A stretch of 28,752 nt of DNA, from the IMG/VR virus record IMGVR_UViG_3300037313_001009, positions 1-28,752 of that record; one strand, 5' to 3'. The notes below the pieces were generated by a model, which saw only the letters and a program-made list of their open reading frames with translations, was not told the origin of the DNA and made no database searches. Positions within the stretch are counted from its first letter, which is position 1, and each line of letters begins with the position of its first letter. Source of the DNA: a virus (taxonomy: Duplodnaviria > Caudoviricetes). The translations under genes and the position numbers were made by a program. Shown one piece after another: positions 25,032 through 28,752 of the stretch.

Positions 25032-25236
25032 TCAATAACTCCAATATATTTTCTAATTTGCTGATTTCCATTAGGCACATTCCGATATTTTCGAAATGCT
25101 TTTGTGCCAATGGGTGTTTATCTCCATTAGGTAACAGCATGTGTCTTTTGAGTTGGCCGATATCATATCGAATTCTGCCAATTTCAGATTTAACGAGAGA
25201 GGATAGTTTATCTTTTTGGCGTTTATTTAGACCCAT
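25024..25236 (-). CDS. Hypothetical protein
   Basis: Start refined to ATG 25236 (GGAGG RBS); overlaps the wHTH start. Confidence 0.65.
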   Translation of the reverse strand: MGLNKRQKDKLSSLVKSEIGRIRYDIGQLKRHMLLPNGDKHPLAQKHFENIGMCLMEISKLENILELLNE

Positions 25237-25313
25237 GCTGACCTCCGTTCTAAATTTCAGTTTATATGTGACGTGGTGAAATCGCCGTCGAAACATTTCT
25301 TAAACACCCTCGC

Positions 25314-25343
25314 TTGCCTGTGACTCTTCATCTTGGGTATAAT
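25314..25343 (+). promoter_or_regulatory. Sigma70-type promoter with conserved spacer motif
   Basis: TTGCCT-18-TATAAT; spacer GTGACTCTTCATCTTGGG. Confidence 0.65.
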
Positions 25344-25383
25344 GAAATCACTGAGATCAGAACCTATCAATGCAGGAGGAACA

Positions 25384-25527
25384 ATGGACCCCGTTCAATG
25401 GAAAGCCGCAAAGGACATCGTTGACAGCAACCGGCTTCAAAACTGGATTGAGATTTTTCCCGACCAGGCGGCTGTAATGATGAAGAGTTTGGTAGCCGAG
25501 CTACGCTACCGTTTGGGCGAGAAGTAG
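25384..25527 (+). CDS. Hypothetical microprotein (47 aa)
   Basis: AGGAGG RBS before ATG 25384. Confidence 0.7.
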   Translation: MDPVQWKAAKDIVDSNRLQNWIEIFPDQAAVMMKSLVAELRYRLGEK

Positions 25528-25538
25528 AGGTATCAATC

Positions 25539-25772
25539 ATGAGCAAAGAGCGATGCGACGTGCTGTACAACCAGGAGCAATGGGACGAGGCCCAAGCCGA
25601 GATTGCCCGGCTTCGTGCGGGCCTACAAGCCGCTTTCAGCGCCTTCTACGATGACAGCGACCTTCCCGGCGTGGCCGAGCCGTGCGCGGCTTGTGACCAC
25701 TACGACTGCCGGGCCGGGCGGGCCATCAAAGAGGCGCTTGGCGATGCCCTGGTCTACCCGGACCAAGGATAG
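25539..25772 (+). CDS. Hypothetical protein with CxxCxHxxC motif
   Basis: GAGGT RBS; GC-rich; PCAACDHYDC. Confidence 0.7.
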   Translation: MSKERCDVLYNQEQWDEAQAEIARLRAGLQAAFSAFYDDSDLPGVAEPCAACDHYDCRAGRAIKEALGDALVYPDQG

Positions 25773-25787
25773 GAGAAGATCGACGCG

Positions 25788-25949
25788 ATGATGTCACGGG
25801 AAGTTTCTATATGCTGCAAGTGCAGGAGCCACGCCCGGTGTTGCAATTGCCCTGTCAGGGCGGCCAAGTCCGATGAAGAAAAGCGCCAGGCTTGGGACAT
25901 GTGCGGAGGGCTCAACTGCCCACCGTGCGATGCGATTGATGGGAAGTAA
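25788..25949 (+). CDS. 53-aa Cys-rich microprotein (9 Cys; not in ORF track)
   Basis: AGGAG upstream; MMSREVSICCKCRSHARCCNCPVRAAKSDEEKRQAWDMCGGLNCPPCDAIDGK fills the gap between neighbouring genes. Confidence 0.6.
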   Translation: MMSREVSICCKCRSHARCCNCPVRAAKSDEEKRQAWDMCGGLNCPPCDAIDGK

Positions 25950-25980
25950 AATCGCCATACAGACAAACAGGAGATAAAAA

Positions 25981-26334
25981 TTGAAGATTGAAATTGGTAA
26001 GAAATACGTAACCAATCGAGGCGACTTGGTTGAAATTGTTGGTAGGTATACCAATAGCGGTGAAGAATACTTTGTGGGCGTTATTTCGCCAAAAAACAAC
26101 GAGAACAACCAACACACTTGGATTTATCTGGCTAACGGTAAAATTCCTTCCCATAATTATTCCAATGATCCAGCGGCAATCAAAGAAGAATACTTTGAAC
26201 CTTTTACTAGCGAAGCTTGGGTTATTGTAGAAAAAGCCACAAAAGAAATTCATCGCATTACCACGTATGAGCCTGCATTCAACAACCCTGAAAAATGTCG
26301 CAAGTTCAAAGTCCGCTTGGAGGAAATTCGGTAA
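25981..26334 (+). CDS. Phage hypothetical protein
   Basis: AGGAG RBS + TTG start; IEIGKKYVTNRGDLVEI motif. Confidence 0.75.
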   Translation: MKIEIGKKYVTNRGDLVEIVGRYTNSGEEYFVGVISPKNNENNQHTWIYLANGKIPSHNYSNDPAAIKEEYFEPFTSEAWVIVEKATKEIHRITTYEPAFNNPEKCRKFKVRLEEIR

Positions 26335-26648
26335 TGGATAGGTCTACAATTTTTCCTTTGACAGTATCGTTTATGTTAGTCGGCTCTATGTTGTTTTTTG
26401 CCGCCGATGATCTCATGGGCACCAATACATATGTTCCAATCACAGTGACGGCATTAGTGACCGCTGGCGATAAAAACGGGAATCCGCACTTCTATGTTTA
26501 CTATAACGTAAATGGCCGCGTTAACTGCAATGAGGCGCCCGCTTCCGTGTTTTTCGGGCATAAAGTTGGCGATTCCTTGGGTATTTGTCGCCACGAACAC
26601 AAATTCACGCACTTTGTGGCGTACTTTGCACCTTGGGTGATCCGCTAA
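26334..26648 (+). CDS. Membrane-anchored hypothetical protein
   Basis: TAATG coupling and GGAGG RBS; N-terminal hydrophobic helix followed by a beta-rich domain. Confidence 0.7.
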   Translation: MDRSTIFPLTVSFMLVGSMLFFAADDLMGTNTYVPITVTALVTAGDKNGNPHFYVYYNVNGRVNCNEAPASVFFGHKVGDSLGICRHEHKFTHFVAYFAPWVIR

Positions 26649-26887
26649 TGTTCAATATTCCAAAACTTAAAGGCATTATGGGAAGTAAGTTGGAAGAACT
26701 CTCTGACTATCACCGGGCGCTTCTAAGAGAGATTCCCATGGAGGAACGAGGCGAACTATGGTTCGCTTTTTCGCCAGAAGACCCCATTGAACAAATTGAG
26801 GCAGAAATTGAGAGGGAATATGAACGGCATTTTCCGCCACAACTACATCTTCTCGCCGACATTGATGGAAATGAATGGGAGGGTTAA
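26648..26887 (+). CDS. Hypothetical acidic protein
   Basis: TAATG coupling at 26646-26650. Confidence 0.65.
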   Translation: MFNIPKLKGIMGSKLEELSDYHRALLREIPMEERGELWFAFSPEDPIEQIEAEIEREYERHFPPQLHLLADIDGNEWEG

Positions 26888-27097
26888 ATGAATCAAATCA
26901 GAGTTGGCTATCACGACTATATCTTATACCCTAACAGCAAACAACTAGAGATTGATATTTGCGGCGGAAAAAGCGGTATTCACTATATCAGCCTCAATGA
27001 CGATCAAATATATGCCTTTGGTGTTTTATTTGATAAGTTCCGGCAGATGGAAGATAACGAAATCGCCCTGAAGAAAATTTTATCCAGCATCATGTAA
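26888..27097 (+). CDS. Hypothetical protein
   Basis: GGAGG RBS; abuts upstream stop. Confidence 0.7.
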   Translation: MNQIRVGYHDYILYPNSKQLEIDICGGKSGIHYISLNDDQIYAFGVLFDKFRQMEDNEIALKKILSSIM

Positions 27098-27109
27098 AAG
27101 GGAATAATA

Positions 27110-27292
27110 ATGCCACACCCTAAAATCGCCGAACTATCAGAACACTACCAATGGATATACAATAATATACCTGATGAAAATCAAGAATACATTGACTCTT
27201 TCTCTGAGGACGGAACAACATTGGCAGAATTAGAGAAAGCATTAGATGAAGAATGCCACTGGCATTTTATATCCGTTCACACACCGAGGTAA
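27110..27292 (+). CDS. Hypothetical protein
   Basis: AAGGGA RBS; operon packing. Confidence 0.65.
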   Translation: MPHPKIAELSEHYQWIYNNIPDENQEYIDSFSEDGTTLAELEKALDEECHWHFISVHTPR

Positions 27293-27294
27293 CT

Positions 27295-27468
27295 ATGTAT
27301 CCAATTGGACCCTCTTGTGGTGATTGCGGTCAACGCGATTGTTATGAATGCGGTGATGGTGCCGAACCAGGCTCAATGATGCCTAGCAAAAATCTCCCCA
27401 AAGAGATAACTACAATTGTAAAAATCGGCAAATACGACGTTGTATACAAACAAACACTAAAGAGGTAA
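27295..27468 (+). CDS. Small Cys-rich protein (CxxC-x4-CxxC)
   Basis: GAGGT RBS before ATG 27295; CGDCGQRDCYEC. Confidence 0.65.
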   Translation: MYPIGPSCGDCGQRDCYECGDGAEPGSMMPSKNLPKEITTIVKIGKYDVVYKQTLKR

Positions 27469-27470
27469 AT

Positions 27471-27851
27471 ATGTCAGATAGCGATATGCAGTTAGCGAAC
27501 GAGGAAGTAATCACTAAACTCTCTAAAAATGCTTGGCAGATGCGAACTTTGGAAACACGCCGAACCAAACTAACCAAAGAGAAGTTGGAACTAATCAGAG
27601 ACTTCAAATTCCAGTGTAAGAAGTGTGGAAAAATCGCCCCACTAAAAGAGCTAACATTCATAGAGAGATATGAATTAGATATGGATAGTGACGCACAATA
27701 TTATCCGCCAAAACAATGCGAAATCAGATGCTCTTGTGGATACGATAACTACCTCGTAAGAGAGGAAATACTGGCAGGATTAATTGAAAACTCGTTCTCT
27801 TATTCGGCAGTATTCAAAAAAACACTAACCAAAAACGCCAGTAGGTGTTAA
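27471..27851 (+). CDS. Coiled-coil + zinc-ribbon protein
   Basis: GAGGT RBS; CKKCG...CSCG. Confidence 0.75.
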   Translation: MSDSDMQLANEEVITKLSKNAWQMRTLETRRTKLTKEKLELIRDFKFQCKKCGKIAPLKELTFIERYELDMDSDAQYYPPKQCEIRCSCGYDNYLVREEILAGLIENSFSYSAVFKKTLTKNASRC

Positions 27852-27886
27852 CGAGATAGTGTCCCTCTTAATTAAGGGGAGGAAGT

Positions 27887-28117
27887 ATGATTATACAAGC
27901 AGTATATACGGGCGAGGAATACCCAGACTTTAGAGGTAAGGAAATCGCCATAGACGACAACATCTTTGATGAAATAGGATACCCTCGTTACATATTTGTA
28001 TGTCAAGGATTAACAGGATACACAATACGAGAAGACGTGAGAGATATTCGCCCAAGACACAAACAACTCAAGTCAGCCATTAAGAGAAAACTACTACAAG
28101 CAATAACCAACTGGTAA
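27887..28117 (+). CDS. Hypothetical protein
   Basis: GGAGG RBS; followed by a terminator. Confidence 0.7.
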   Translation: MIIQAVYTGEEYPDFRGKEIAIDDNIFDEIGYPRYIFVCQGLTGYTIREDVRDIRPRHKQLKSAIKRKLLQAITNW

Positions 28118-28121
28118 ACAC

Positions 28122-28150
28122 ACGCTCCCTTATTAGGGGGCGTTTTTTTT
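28122..28150 (+). terminator. Rho-independent terminator ending the accessory operon
   Basis: ACGCTCCCT-TATT-AGGGGGCGT-TTTTTTT. Confidence 0.9.
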
Positions 28151-28752
28151 GTACAAACATCAAAATCATTTGTATTTTATAGGGGTCCGAGAGGTATCTA
28201 AACCGCTTGTAGAGCGGGTTTTATTTTATGTGATACGGTTGAGAATTCCCTTTTCATGATTTTTATGGGCAGTTATTTGGGGGTGAAATCTCGTAAACCC
28301 ACTATAGCCTTTATTTGAGGTTGTTTTGTTTTGTGAGCATAAAATCGCCAAGGCTGCTGTTTCAGACTCTCTTGTTTCTAATCTTCTGTTTCAGATATTG
28401 CTGTTTATACAGTTGTGGTGGGCGTTTGCAGTTAATGTGATGCGGTTATGAATTTTGATATATATCCTTTGGGTGCCTCGCCACTCCCCAACAGCCAAGT
28501 TAAACTTTTGTTAACCAGGGGGGCATATTGATGTTATTTGTTGTTGTCGTTGTAGTGTCGTATGACATTAGAATTGAAGATGTTATTGGGGATTGTTGTT
28601 GTCGGTTTTGATTGTTGTTGGTGGGCAGGAACTACCCAAGAAAACCAGAGGCACAGGGCACACAAACGAGTAAACACATTCTTGTTTCATTCCTTCCTTG
28701 TTTCCTATGTCTGTATTTGGTTTCAGCTTGTATCTATATTCATTCTCTATAC

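Noticed and set aside
17859-28212. Shared 10-mer CCGCTTGTAG in the capsid leader (minus strand) and at 28203
   Set aside because: A single 10-bp match is expected by chance in 28.7 kb, and the contexts differ.

Overview
This window is a fragment of a tailed bacteriophage genome with a contractile tail (myovirus type). Positions 1-19466 carry one minus-strand virion morphogenesis module. In transcription order it encodes: prohead protease/scaffold, major capsid protein, a four-gene fibre cluster with a long collagen fibre, head-tail connector, head closure, neck protein, tail terminator, sheath, three paralogous tail tubes, tail assembly chaperone with a -1 frameshift site, a tube-initiator-like protein, tape measure, a LysM protein and a baseplate hub cut by the window edge. 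Positions 19.5-28.1 kb are a mostly plus-strand accessory region of small ORFs: two winged-HTH proteins, two paralog pairs, a YqhA/UPF0114 membrane protein, a lipoprotein and several Cys/Zn-rich microproteins. About 600 bp of non-coding, strand-skewed DNA ends the window. No portal, terminase, integrase, tRNA, CRISPR array or reverse transcriptase was seen. The most notable signals are an origin-like element at about 20.75-20.96 kb, an over-represented octamer (AAATCGCC) whose orientation flips between 14 and 21 kb, extreme CTA-Leu codon bias in the capsid gene, shared early and late promoter motifs, and an identical 14-bp element heading two GC-rich microprotein cassettes. All family assignments come from motif recognition and gene order by eye, not from database searches, and I cannot show that any of these signals is a new system.
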